DNA of 64,000 nt, from contig NC_042999.1 of NCBI RefSeq assembly GCF_006345805.1, forward strand, positions 132,742,001 through 132,806,000, read 5' to 3'. A program made the translations under genes and the position numbers. Position 1 is the first letter of the stretch. Each line of letters begins with the position of its first letter. This document shows positions 13,928 to 25,060 of this stretch, one piece after another. The notes beneath the pieces were generated by a model that saw only the letters and a program-made list of their open reading frames with translations, had not been told where the DNA came from and made no database searches. Source of the DNA: Octopus sinensis. Taxonomy: Eukaryota.

Positions 13928-14355
13928 AGAAAATTAAAAACGGAAAATACGCACACTTACATGGTTATAGTATAATTTTTAATGTATCGACCGGTTTCGC
14001 AATCGCTATTCATGATACAATGTTTAATTTATATGAAAATATATTTTTTCTTAAGAAGAAAATGGGTCCATGTTGTTTATAATGAGATTCACTCGTGAAT
14101 CTCATTATAAACAACATGGACCCATTTTCACTCGTGAATCTCATTATAAACAACATGGACCCATTTTCTTCTTAAGAAAAAATATATTTTCATATAAATT
14201 AAACATTGTATCATGAATAGTGATTGCGAAACCGGTCGATACATTAAAAATTATACTATAACCATGTAAGTGTGCGTATTTTCCGTTTTTATTTTTCTTA
14301 TATACATTACAATCCACTACGTCGGGACAACCGAAATTCCTCTTTTCTGTTACTA
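13925..14355. mobile_element. Foldback Penelope-like element (~170-bp near-perfect arms) with hammerhead motif in each arm
   Basis: 13925-14092 is the reverse complement of 14134-14303; extra 39-bp duplication at apex; 3' extension to ~14355. Confidence 0.8.
14207..14243 (+). ncRNA. Minimal type I hammerhead-like motif, A3-U8 variant (mirror copy 13983-14019 on minus)
   Basis: TGTATC ATGAATA GTGATTGC GAAA CCGG TC GATACA: 6-bp helix I, short helix II, palindromic ACCGGT helix III, GUC site. Confidence 0.6.
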
Positions 14356-14371
14356 CTACTATATATATATA

Positions 14372-14438
14372 CCAGGTGGTGCTATTAAGTTAGACATGGC
14401 CTGGGCCAATAATGGCCGAAACCTATCAAAGTATCAAA

Positions 14439-14440
<2 letters not shown>
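14372..14440 (+). mobile_element. 70-bp 3' tip of the CR1-like LINE at 49950-50930
   Basis: TGGTGCTATTAAGTTAGACATGGCCTGGGCCAATAATGGCC matches ~50861-50901; ATCAAAGT repeat tail. Confidence 0.75.
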
Positions 14441-14499
<59 letters not shown>

Positions 14500-14500
<1 letters not shown>

Positions 14501-14826
14501 TAGTGAATTGAAGAAATAGAGTTGAACGAAGATTGAACAGAAATCGTTTTATTGCATTCTACACGTGTTTCGAAAGCCACAATTTACCAAATTCCGATTG
14601 AATAAGGAGACCATATTGTGTCTTTCTGTTCAATCTTCGTTCAACTCCATTTCTTCAATTCACTAATAATATTAAAATTCAATTATCCGCACCAACGCAC
14701 GGTTGCAACACCATATGGTTGTACCTCCAACCGTGCTGTCTTCTGCTGTGATTTTTGCTACCAAGGTATCGGTTAAACTTTTGATTAATCTGCAACAAGA
14801 TTATTCATCTTTCTATTTCACCAAAT
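14500..14826. mobile_element. Foldback Penelope-like element with partial hammerhead
   Basis: Arms 14501-14543 / 14623-14665; minus-strand GAAACACGTGTA; 3' part recurs at 62880-63025. Confidence 0.65.
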
Positions 14827-14828
14827 AC

Positions 14829-14861
<33 letters not shown>

Positions 14862-15185
14862 ATATATATATACATATGTATATATGTATGTATGTATGTA
14901 TGCATGCATGCATGTATGTATGTATGTATGTATGTATGTATGTATGTATGTATGTATGTATGTATGTATAATGTTTGTGTGTTTCTCCCTCCACCATCGC
15001 TCGACAACGGATGTTGGTGTGCTTACGTTCCCGTAACTAAGCAGTAACTTAGACCGATAGAATAAGTACTAAGCTTACAAGGAATAAGTCTTGGGGTAGA
15101 TTTGTTCGACTAAAGGCAGTGCTCCAGTGTGACCGCAGTCAAATGGCTAACAAAATTAAAAGAATGAGCGCAGGTGTGGCTTATA

Positions 15186-15570
15186 GGCGCAGGAGTGGCA
15201 GTGTGGTAAGTAGTTTCTTTACCAGCCGCATGGTTCCTGGTTCAGTCCCACTGCGTAGCACCTTGGGCAAACGTCTTCTACTATAGCCTCGGGCCGACCA
15301 AAGCCTTGTGAGTGGATTTGGTAGACGGAAACTGAAAGAAACCCGTCGTATATATATATATATGTGTGTGTGTGTATGTGTGTGTGTGTATGTGTGTGTG
15401 TGTGTTTGTCCCTCCAACATCGCTTGACAACTGATGCTGGTGCACTTACATCTCCGTAACTTAACGGTTTGGCAAAAGAGACCGATAGGTTAAGTACTAG
15501 GCTTACAACGAATACGTCCTGGTGTCCAGCATGACCGCAGTCAAATAACTGAAACAAGTAAAAGAATAAA
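15186..15570 (+). mobile_element. SINE family A, near full length
   Basis: GGCGCAGGAGTGGC head to GAAACAAGTAAAAGAATAAA tail. Confidence 0.9.
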
Positions 15571-15594
15571 TGAATATACATACATATATAAACC

Positions 15595-15657
<63 letters not shown>

Positions 15658-15664
15658 TATATAT

Positions 15665-16225
15665 AATTTCAACAATTGAGGGTAAAATTAATTAATTAAT
15701 TAATCAATTTCACCAAGTATTCAGTATGCAAAGGGACCATTTAAGGCAAATTCAAATTATTACATTATATAAAAGGGCTTAGTAAAATAAATTACTTTGC
15801 CGCATACTGAACTCGTTAGAAATAGCAGCTAAAAAAAACTATTTCTAACACTTAAAGAAAACCTCTCTCATATAGTGCTTGCTCAATTCAACCCAAGAAA
15901 GTATGAGGGTAGAGACATTAAAAAATCAAATGCAAAGGTTATTTGAGTACGTACGTTTCAAGATTAGCCAAATTCGACCCTTCTCTCATCAGAAGGGCAT
16001 TCTGAGCTGATGAGAGAAGGGTCGAATTGGCTAATCTTGAAACGTACGTACTCAAATACCTTTGCATTTGATTTTTTAATGTCTCTACCCTCATACTTTC
16101 TTGGGTTGAATTGAGCAAGCACTATATGAGAGAGGTTTTCTTTAAGTGTTAGAAATAGTTTTTTTTAGCTGCTATTTCTAACGAGTTCAGTATGCGGCAA
16201 AGTAATTTATTTTACTAAGCCCTTT

Positions 16226-16233
<8 letters not shown>
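15665..16233. mobile_element. Foldback Penelope-like element, ~228-bp arms, in (TA)n
   Basis: 15764-15992 is the reverse complement of 16007-16233; 14-bp spacer; ~100-bp one-sided extension. Confidence 0.85.
16003..16054 (+). ncRNA. Type I hammerhead ribozyme, intact core
   Basis: TGAG CTGATGA GAGA..TCTT GAAA CGTACG TA CTCA; helix III ACGTACGT palindrome; predicted cleavage after A16050. Confidence 0.75.
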
Positions 16234-16265
<32 letters not shown>

Positions 16266-16664
16266 TCACATATATATGTATATACATATATATGTGTGTG
16301 TGTGTGTATTGAATGTGCGTGGACGTAAGCGTTTTTACGAGTGTTTATATGTGTGCTGTATGTATATGTGTATATGCCTGTGTGAAATGTATGAATAATG
16401 TGTTCTTTAGTTCGATAGAATGTATGGGTTATCAGGGCAAGCTGGAGCACTGCTTGTGTATATGTAACATACGTGTGTAGGAGTGTGTGTTCATTGTAGT
16501 GAAGAAAGTGCATACATTCATGGAATTTATGGTGTAAAAATAATGTTCGATCCACCATTTTACAATAACGTCCATGATTAATTCGAGGGTCACGAAATGA
16601 GGTCAGCATTGCGGTAGCTCTTGCTGTTACTTCTCAATGAGTCTTCTGTCATATAGGGGCTGAC

Positions 16665-16817
16665 CACTATGATGACCATGGCGACGATGACGACGACGGC
16701 AATGACGGGAACGACGAAGATGCGATGATGACGATGATGATGATGAAGACTAAATACGTGAGGACGATGATTTGACGCTGCAAGTAGATGATGACGACGA
16801 CGTTGACGATGACAATA

Positions 16818-16880
<63 letters not shown>

Positions 16881-17330
16881 ATGGTGGTGGTGATGATGAT
16901 GGTGATGATGATGGTGATGATGACGATGATGATGACGAAGACGATGATGACAGCATTGATGATTACGATGATGATGATGGTAAGTATGGTGGTGATGACA
17001 ACGACTATGAAGATTAGGGATGATGATTATGATGATGGTGAAAACTAAAATGATGTTCATTTGATGCTGATGATGAAGGTAATATGATGATGACGACGAC
17101 GACGACGACTATGATGATCATGGTAGTGGTGGTGGTGGTGGCAGCTGACGATAATGTTCACGAGGATGATACAGATGGAAGTAATGGTGGTGGTGATGCT
17201 GATGGTGGTGGTAGTGGTGGTAGTGGTAACGCAGGTGGTGGTGGCGAAGATGATCATGATTTGTTAGGGCGATGATGTTAAATGACGGTGATGCTGTTAC
17301 CGCCACCGCTACAACTAATGATAATGGCGG
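16665..17330. repeat. Degenerate (GAT/GAC/GGT)n low-complexity tract
   Basis: Direct reading. Confidence 0.9.
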
Positions 17331-17461
17331 TTCCAGTTGATGACAGCCCGGTGAGTTACGACTGTTGACCTCTTCGACTCACACCAAGTAATCATTGCTT
17401 TCTACATCCTCTTACCGCTTCTGCATCCTCTTACCTTTTGTCTGCTTGGCTGGCTGTCTCT

Positions 17462-17506
<45 letters not shown>

Positions 17507-17866
17507 CCTTTCTCTCATTTTCACTCTCTCAATCCTCTCCTACTCTCTCTACCACTTTCTCTTCGCCTTGCATTTCTGTTCCTCTCTATTTGCTCTATTT
17601 CCTTTAGACATCTCTACACATGCCATTCCAAGAATGTCAATCGTTCTCTCACTCTCTTTCTCTCACACACACATGCACGCGCAAACACACACGCACGCAC
17701 ACACACGTACATCTACACACATATGTGCACACACACACACACACTCCCGTTATATATATATATATTGATAGAAATGGTAAGACAACACAAGAATGAAAGA
17801 GACCTCGCTATTACGTAAATAGAGAAATTTATCTGTAAATATATGTGACAATTATTCGGTAGCCAT

Positions 17867-17926
17867 GATAAAACTCCGAGTTTCGGATGTCAGGACAGAA
17901 AACCACGCCGCTATCTCTTCAGTTAT
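17867..17926 (-). ncRNA. Type I hammerhead motif
   Basis: Minus: ATAA CTGAAGA GAT...ATCC GAAA CTCGGAG TT TTAT. Confidence 0.6.
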
Positions 17927-17998
17927 ATGGCCATCGAAAAAAATGCATTTTTTTCGATGGCCGATAACTGGAGAGATGGCATTTTTTTCCGATGGCCC

Positions 17999-18059
17999 GA
18001 TAACTGAAGAGATGGCGGCGTGGTTTTCCGCCCCGACATCCGAAACTTGGAGTTTTATC
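17999..18059 (+). ncRNA. Type I hammerhead motif
   Basis: GATAA CTGAAGA GATG...CATCC GAAA CTTGGAG TT TTATC; GUU site. Confidence 0.65.
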
Positions 18060-18096
18060 ATGGCTACCGAATAATTGTCACATATTACTCCCACCC

Positions 18097-18162
<66 letters not shown>

Positions 18163-18166
18163 CACA

Positions 18167-18231
<65 letters not shown>

Positions 18232-19162
18232 ACAAATAATATGGGTGGCTTATTAGCAATTTAACAACCTAAGGTCGGTTTGACTTTTATTTCTAGCAGT
18301 ACCACTTGGTACTCTCTATTACGTTAGTGACATATATAGACACATGCAATTACGGTCCGATTCTCCTTCCATTCTACTCTTTCTCTTCACCATGTCTCAC
18401 TCTCTGTATCTGTCTGTCTGTCTAAATCTCTGACATCATTCAACTACTGTAGTAGTTGAACAATATTCATTCTTAAGACCGCAATTTACTCACACGCAGC
18501 ATCTTTCAGAGCTTGTCACTATTTCAGTTCTTAACCAAATTGAAAACTGTTAACATTTTTGAAGAGGACTAGTCCTTAGCTACATTTTGGCCTAGAAAAT
18601 TGAGATTTGATCCAGTAGAAAAAAAGTTTACATCAAAATTTGTAGCCATGTTATAGGAGAGTAAGTAACACCACCAATCAAGTTTAGATCTAAATAACTT
18701 TTGTATTTTAAAAGCAAAATATATTCATCTTAGCTTGAATAATATCAGAATGCATGAAGAATTTCAGTTTCGTTCCCATACAACAAAAATTTGTATTAAA
18801 AAAGGTGTGGGTTAAAATATCATGAAAAATATAAGCAAAAAATTGGATTGAAATATAATTAACTTTTTTCTTTTAAAAACAAACTATATTTTAATTAAGC
18901 TTTCATGATAGAGCTCAATTGGAGGAATTTCATGGTATCGATCTCATGCAATGAAGTTTTAAAAGAAAAAAGTTATGAGTGTTTATCAAATTTGAGGGCG
19001 ATACTATAGTTCTATACTTTTTTATGAATATAATTCTATAAGGGGACTTTTAATATATGTCACCGGCGTCATTGCGGTAAGGATAAAATTATCAACGACA
19101 CGGCTAATTGACACATTTTACACATTATTAATTAGTCTAATAGTATAGCATGAAAAAACATG

Positions 19163-20038
19163 GATTACATGGAAAAATGCGAGCAAGAGAAATAATATTC
19201 TGAAGATTATAAACCTGGAAAATTACAGGACAAGTTATTATACATTGAAAAGTTCGGAACAACTTATTACATCCGGTATTGAACAGAACAAGAACATTTT
19301 TACTTAAAATAATGCAGCTAAGGATAAAATTTAAATATTAAAAATTTTATGTGATTTTAATTTACAAAGTAACATTATAATTAAAAAACGATACCATCAT
19401 TTTGTTAAAATATTGACACATTAGAATACTTAAAAAATGAGAGTCAGAAGTACTAATATAGCTAGAGTTTTATGCAAAGTAGGATAGTATATATGGTAGG
19501 CAAATTCATTATGTAAAAAATAGGCATTGGGTCAAGATTTAAAATGTGAAGATTTGGCAATAACTTAGGCAATAACTCAAACAAATTTTACTGACTTTGT
19601 TGTTATCGGTAATATTGTTAGTGTAATATATAACTAATTTTTGTGTTATTCTATTTGTTTTACTAATTAATTGTGTACTATTATTTTTTATAACCTATTT
19701 TCAAATTTCTAATCATTAATTAATAATTTAAAAAATGAATTTTTTTAAAGTGCAAAAAATATTTTGAGCTATTTTTTATTTTTCATACAAGTGACAAGTA
19801 ATAAAAAATAGAAGTAATAACTTGTAATAAAAATTTTAGTTTTAATGAAAGGTAATATTTTCTAAATTTAAATATTTATTTGAAATTTTATCCTTAGCTG
19901 CTATTCTTTAAGTAAAATTTTTCTTGTTCTGTACTTTACCCGATGTAATAAGTTTTCCAAGTGTAATAGCTTGTCCTGTAATTTTCCAGGTTTATAATCT
20001 TATCTTAAGATTATAAATGCTCGCATTTTCCGTGTAAT
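19163..20038. mobile_element. Non-autonomous DNA transposon with ~180-bp TIRs
   Basis: ATTACATGGAAAAATGCGAGCA...CAGCTAAGGATAAAATTT (19163-19345) inverted at 19865-20038; AT-rich interior, no ORF. Confidence 0.75.
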
Positions 20039-20104
20039 ATACTTATGTGAGCATATATATAAATATGTATGTTTTTATTCTTTCTTTATTCCTTTTTAAA
20101 TTCA

Positions 20105-20403
20105 TTTTTTCGTTGTTTCAGTCATTTGACTGCGGCTGTACTGGAGCACCGCCTTAAACGGTTTTAGAGAAGAAATCGACGCCGGGACATATTCTTTGTA
20201 AGCCTAGTACTTATTCCATCCGTCTGTTTTGCCGAACTGCTAAGCTACGGGGATATAAAAACACCAGCATCGGTTGTCGGGAGTACACACACACACACTC
20301 ACTCACAAATATATACACATACGACGGGCTTCTTTCGGTTTCCGTCTACCAAATCCACTCACTCGAGGCTATAGTAGAAGATATTTGCACAAGGTGCCTC
20401 ACG
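20105..20403 (-). mobile_element. SINE family A, partial
   Basis: Tail and central motifs on minus strand. Confidence 0.85.
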
Positions 20404-21099
20404 TGCATATATGTCTCGTTTTGCTCCGACTTTCTTGTTCTCAGTCATTAGGCACTGTTCGTAGATAAGCAATGGGTAAGAAAAAACTGAGCCGCAGGTC
20501 AGATTGCTGCCCACTTTCGATACCAAACTGTAATGCAGGACTTTGATGGATTTGCTAGTTGCATGTGCAACAATAAATGCAAGTATATAAAAAATTCCAC
20601 TCTTTCTTCTCACTCTAACGCTTAACAATTAACGATTTACGACGATATAATCCCCGCCACCTAACAAAAAGTTGCATATCCCATGAATGCATTTTAAACT
20701 GTTAAGTATTTTCTCTTTATAAGAAACTTGATTATCTTTAAAAAATGCTTAGTTTAGCGTAATTTATTTGCCTCGGTTTATGCTGCGTTGAAAGAATGAT
20801 AAAATAGCGCTATACACGGCTACCAACAAGCGGAAATTTTAAGAACTTTTTAATGCATATGACAAAGTAATATAAATGTGTATGTATACCTATGTGTATA
20901 TCCGCTCCATCTTCTTCAAACTTCGAACCGCTTCTCAACTTAAATTAATGTAGAAGAGATTGTCTCCCCTGTAATTGTAGGCCACCAGGAGTATAATACG
21001 TGAATAAAAACACTGTTCAATTGTTTAAAATTTTGCCCGTCTTCTAAGATTTCGTCATTGCTTCAAACAATGGTCTTCTTTTGAAATGTATAGAATTAA

Positions 21100-21953
21100 T
21101 TTCTTTGCAAAATTTATTGATGGCAGCACACGGTTACGTGCGCAGTGAGAGCTAGCAGTGACCTTCATGAGGAAGTGAGCCGAGTGACATCACTGTGTTT
21201 ACTTTGCAAGTTGTGGAGCTTGTGTTTTTGTGATCACATGTAAGCTGTAGTCTGCGATTTTGTCATGGACAAGAACAAACAGTTAACGTGAAATTTTGCG
21301 TCAAATTTGAAAAGTCTTCTACAGAGACATTGAACATTTTTCGGCAAGCTTATGGCGACGAGGTAATGTTTCGAGTTGCACAAGTACTTTAAAAGCGGAA
21401 GACGACGAGCGATCTTGAAGACCTGCCACGTGCGTCATCCCCCGGAAATGTGAAGAAAATTCACCAGCTTGTGCATGAGGATCGTTGGAGGACAATCAAC
21501 GACGTTTTGAAAACGTTTGAGGGAGGAGATTCCTCGAAAGCGACCGGATCTGTGATGTGCGAAGAATTGGATTCTTCATGACAACAATGTATCATGTCAC
21601 CGAACTCACCTGACTTGTGAGTTTCTCGCCAAAAACAACATGAGGTTGCTTTTGTACCCACTCTGTTCGCCAGATTTGGTACCTGCGGACTTCTATCCCT
21701 TCTCCAAGAGGAAAAGGCAGCTGAAAGGTCACCGTTTTAACACCGTTGTTGAGATCCAGAACGAATCGCAGAAGTTTCTCGACTCGGTTACGGAACACGA
21801 CTTCCGGGCTGGATTCCAAAAATGTAGAAACTCTGGGACCGACGGACTGCTGCGCAAATTGACTATTTCGAAGAAGATGGTGTTAAAAGATTGGTAAACA
21901 TACTATTTTTTATTAAACATAACTAGTCTAGGAACCTTTTGATACCACAACGT
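21100..21953 (+). mobile_element. Mariner transposon relic
   Basis: VNVKFCVKFEKSSTETLNIFRQAYGDEVM, WILHDNN, CSPDLVPADFYPF (YSPDLAP-DF motif); TIR-like 3' end GGAACCTTTTGATACCACAACGTA. Confidence 0.9.
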
Positions 21954-22199
21954 ATATTTTCATTGAAACAAATGATTTTTTTTTCAGTTTGATTTAGTGA
22001 CGTTTATTGCACGTTTATATTTGTTGTATGTGAATGCTCTACCAATTATTGTGATTTATTTTATTTTAATGAACATCAGTGCCCAATTCTTTTTGATATT
22101 TTTAATACACTTTGATTATCGATATATTTTATTTAAATTTTAAGTCTGCCTTTTAAGAGGATTACGTCCTTTCAGCTTGAACATCAAGTTCTTAATTGA

Positions 22200-22800
22200 T
22201 ATCCGGTGAGCCAAATGGATATCTTAGTAAGACAGGATATTCTTGTGAAGTGCTGATCTACACCTTATTTTGAACCCTGTGCAGTTAATTCTGTAATGTC
22301 ATTTGGTCAATGCATATTGTAGGTGTCACCTTTAGATTACGAAAGAATTCTGTATTGTTTGTGGAGCAACGATCCGCAATGTTGTTGCCTTTGATTGGGT
22401 AAATAATTATTTCTTCCGTGAACTGCTTATTGGTGAGGTCAAACAGATATCTTGCCTTTCTTCGGTCATGGTGCGTAATTTCTATGATAATGTGTTTCTC
22501 TGATCATTTGAGCTTATAAAGATTGACATCACACTACAGGAATACATTGGAATGTTGATGCAATTTGGTTAACACCTCTTCTATCTTTACGAGTGTTCCT
22601 TTAGATATATATCATAATTTAACGCATCTCGTGAGCGATATGCTTGTATACATATGGTATGGTTGCTGTTGATGATGTTTAACTCTGTGTTGGTCTGTTT
22701 AAGCCAAGTCATAATTAAAGGCATTCCAAAATGCATTCTAAATGTAACCATTCCCATATTTACGTCGAGGTATTGTAAACCATAGATTACATTATGCAAT
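22200..22800 (-). mobile_element. Decayed CR1-like APE endonuclease region
   Basis: Minus: VFL*CDVNL (GDFNL-like) and KGNNIADRCSTNNTEFFRNLKVTPTICIDQ (GNNILDL.FTN...SDH-like). Confidence 0.5.
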
Positions 22801-23357
22801 ATGTTTTTCTATCTTATGAGTGTTTTTTTAGGTGAATTTGGTTGTTATTTCTAGCACAAAAAAGTTTCCTCTGTATCACTTAATGGATTTGTATTTCCGT
22901 GTTTTACTTGTTTATTACTGCTCTTATTTTAACCCATGTCCATTGTCCGGAAATATTTCGTCACACATCTCTGACCTCTCCACCGACACTTTCCATCTTC
23001 GTGTGTGCTCCTGCTCCGCTTAGTCCATTCTGTTCCACTGTGATGTGTATTTCATTGGCTATTAGTGAGTCCCAAAGCAAGTGTACTTTGTGACAACAAA
23101 ACCGAGAGTGCTACATATTTATTAATATATATAGAAAATTCTCCATCACTTTCTTCTTACCTATCAGCACATGGTACGACATATTTTAGTATGCTTATTT
23201 CTGTATCAGTTATGTTATTTGATAGATGAGTTTTCGTAGGAAACATGTCAGTGAAATGGGTGTGCCCGATAGAATATCTTACGATGGCACGTTGTAGGTG
23301 ACGTGAAGGCCAACAATGTTTTACATCCCTTAGGTACAAGCCAAGTTCTGATGCAGT

Positions 23358-23464
23358 TTCTTCTTCTTCTTCTTCTTCTTCTTCTTCTTCTTCTTCTTCT
23401 TCTTCTTCTTCTTCTTCTTCTTCTTCTTCTTCTTCTTCTTCTTCTTCTTCTTCTTCTTCTTCTT

Positions 23465-23512
<48 letters not shown>
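23358..23512. repeat. (CTT)n + (CT)n
   Basis: Direct reading. Confidence 0.95.
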
Positions 23513-23629
23513 GTCAGAATCGACTACGGGAAGATGCCAAATAAGAGTCACTCACGTTCACAGCTTCACCAATCCTTTCCCTGTGCTCTGTTAACACCAT
23601 CACAATCGACACATTCAACCAAGCTAAAA

Positions 23630-23669
<40 letters not shown>

Positions 23670-23673
<4 letters not shown>

Positions 23674-24002
23674 GCAAAAATTGAATATTAATTTAATATC
23701 AGTTGAAACCAGTGACCTAGCATATTGAAAAAATCTGAAGATTCAGAAAAATTATATTGCATGCATATAAGAGGGATGATCACTAAGTGGACATCCAATA
23801 TGCTAGATGTAGACCCCATATGGTCTGACCACTAAGAAAATATTATTCTCAAGAAAATTCAGCAAACGCCAGAACGTAAGCGAGCAAGACAAAGGAAAAG
23901 ATGTAAAATATAATGATTAGTCACATACCAGGTTTCATTGTTGCCATTTATATATTTACATACGTAAATATCCGCAACTCATCAGTGTGACCGTCATAGC
24001 AA
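23670..24002 (-). mobile_element. Short Penelope-like element in (TA)n
   Basis: TA-flanked ~330-bp insert carrying a hammerhead near its minus-strand 5' end. Confidence 0.65.
23920..23991 (-). ncRNA. Type I hammerhead ribozyme, intact core
   Basis: Minus: GTCACA CTGATGA GTTGC...GCAACAAT GAAA CCTGG TA TGTGAC; 6-bp helix I. Confidence 0.75.
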
Positions 24003-24399
24003 AATATAATTATATATATATATATTGTCTTATTGCATGTAACAAAGCTTCTAAGTTAGGGAGAGGTTGTTTGTTACTCGGCTGTATTAGGCTTCTGATA
24101 TTTAATAAGAAAACTGGTGTCATATCCTTAGAGGAGTGTATGTGGTAGCCCCTCAACGTTATTACTTGTGGTAATTATTGATGCGTGTGACATTGTGTCT
24201 ATGCATGCTGCAGGCAAGTTAGTTTCTTTGAAAAGTGACTTTTCCTTGCTCGGTACTGCACCTTGTAGCATTTGCCTTTCATCCTCTCGGGTGAAACCAA
24301 CGTTGGTGTACCTATCTGTAGGTTAAACTTTTCTTGAATTCTTAACAAGGGTTTGTTTGAAATAATCAACCCCTTTATTGAGACAAAGCTTGGAATGAA

Positions 24400-24700
24400 C
24401 ATCATCATCATCATCATCATCATCATCACCATCATCGTCGTTGTCGTCGTCGTCATCGTCATCGTCGTCGCTGTCGTCCTCATCGTCATCGTCGTCATCA
24501 TCATCATCCTTTGACGTCTATCCTTCACGCTGGCAGAGGTCGGACGGTTTGACAGGAGCTAGCCAGCCAGAGATCTGCATAGGCTCCGATTGTCTGATCT
24601 GGCATGGTTTCTACGGCTGGATGTCCTTCCGAATACTCACCACTTTACAGAGTGTACTGGGTGCCTTTTACTCTAGCGTGACACCAGCAAGAGTACTTTT
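24400..24700 (-). mobile_element. SINE/RTE-type 3' end with (GAT)n tail
   Basis: GGCATGGTTTCTACGGCTGGATGTCCTTCC adjacent to (CAT/CGT)n tail. Confidence 0.55.
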
Positions 24701-24927
24701 TTCTAAGTGGCACTGGTATAGTAAGATAAAGTTCGATTGCAATTATTAGCAGTAAGAGCGACTACGATGAGACTCCTTTGTTAAGATGCGGTATATTTCT
24801 ATATACATTGGTATAGATATGGTATACATGTGCTCTATATGTGATCAGTAGGTGATGTTTACATAAATCATTTCAGTGAACCACAAACCAAATACAACCA
24901 AATGCAGCTAACCAAATATTAACAATT

Positions 24928-25060
24928 TTTTTACTTGTTTCAGTCATTAGACTACGGCCATGCTGGGGCACCGCTTTGAAGAATTTTTAGTTGTGGATGT
25001 ATCGATCCCAGTATTTAATTTTTTTAAAGCTTAGTACTTATGCTACGGTTCTCTTATTGC
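24928..25060 (-). mobile_element. SINE family A 3' fragment
   Basis: TTACTTGTTTCAGTCATTAGACTACGGCCATGCTGGGGCAC. Confidence 0.75.

Larger units (their letters stand above)
13768..15165 (+). mobile_element. SINE family A split by nested insertions
   Basis: 5' half 13768-13900, 3' half 14972-15165; the (TA)n between holds two foldback elements and a CR1 tail. Confidence 0.75.
17765..18088. mobile_element. Foldback Penelope-like element with hammerheads on both strands
   Basis: Arms ~17840-17945 / 17946-18084, palindromic apex GGCCATCGAAAAAAATGCATTTTTTTCGATGGCC; second copy at 46189-46598. Confidence 0.85.

Noticed and set aside
16772-17017. Asp-rich ORF resembling an acidic biomineralisation protein
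   Set aside because: (GAT)n tract, no signal peptide or splice context
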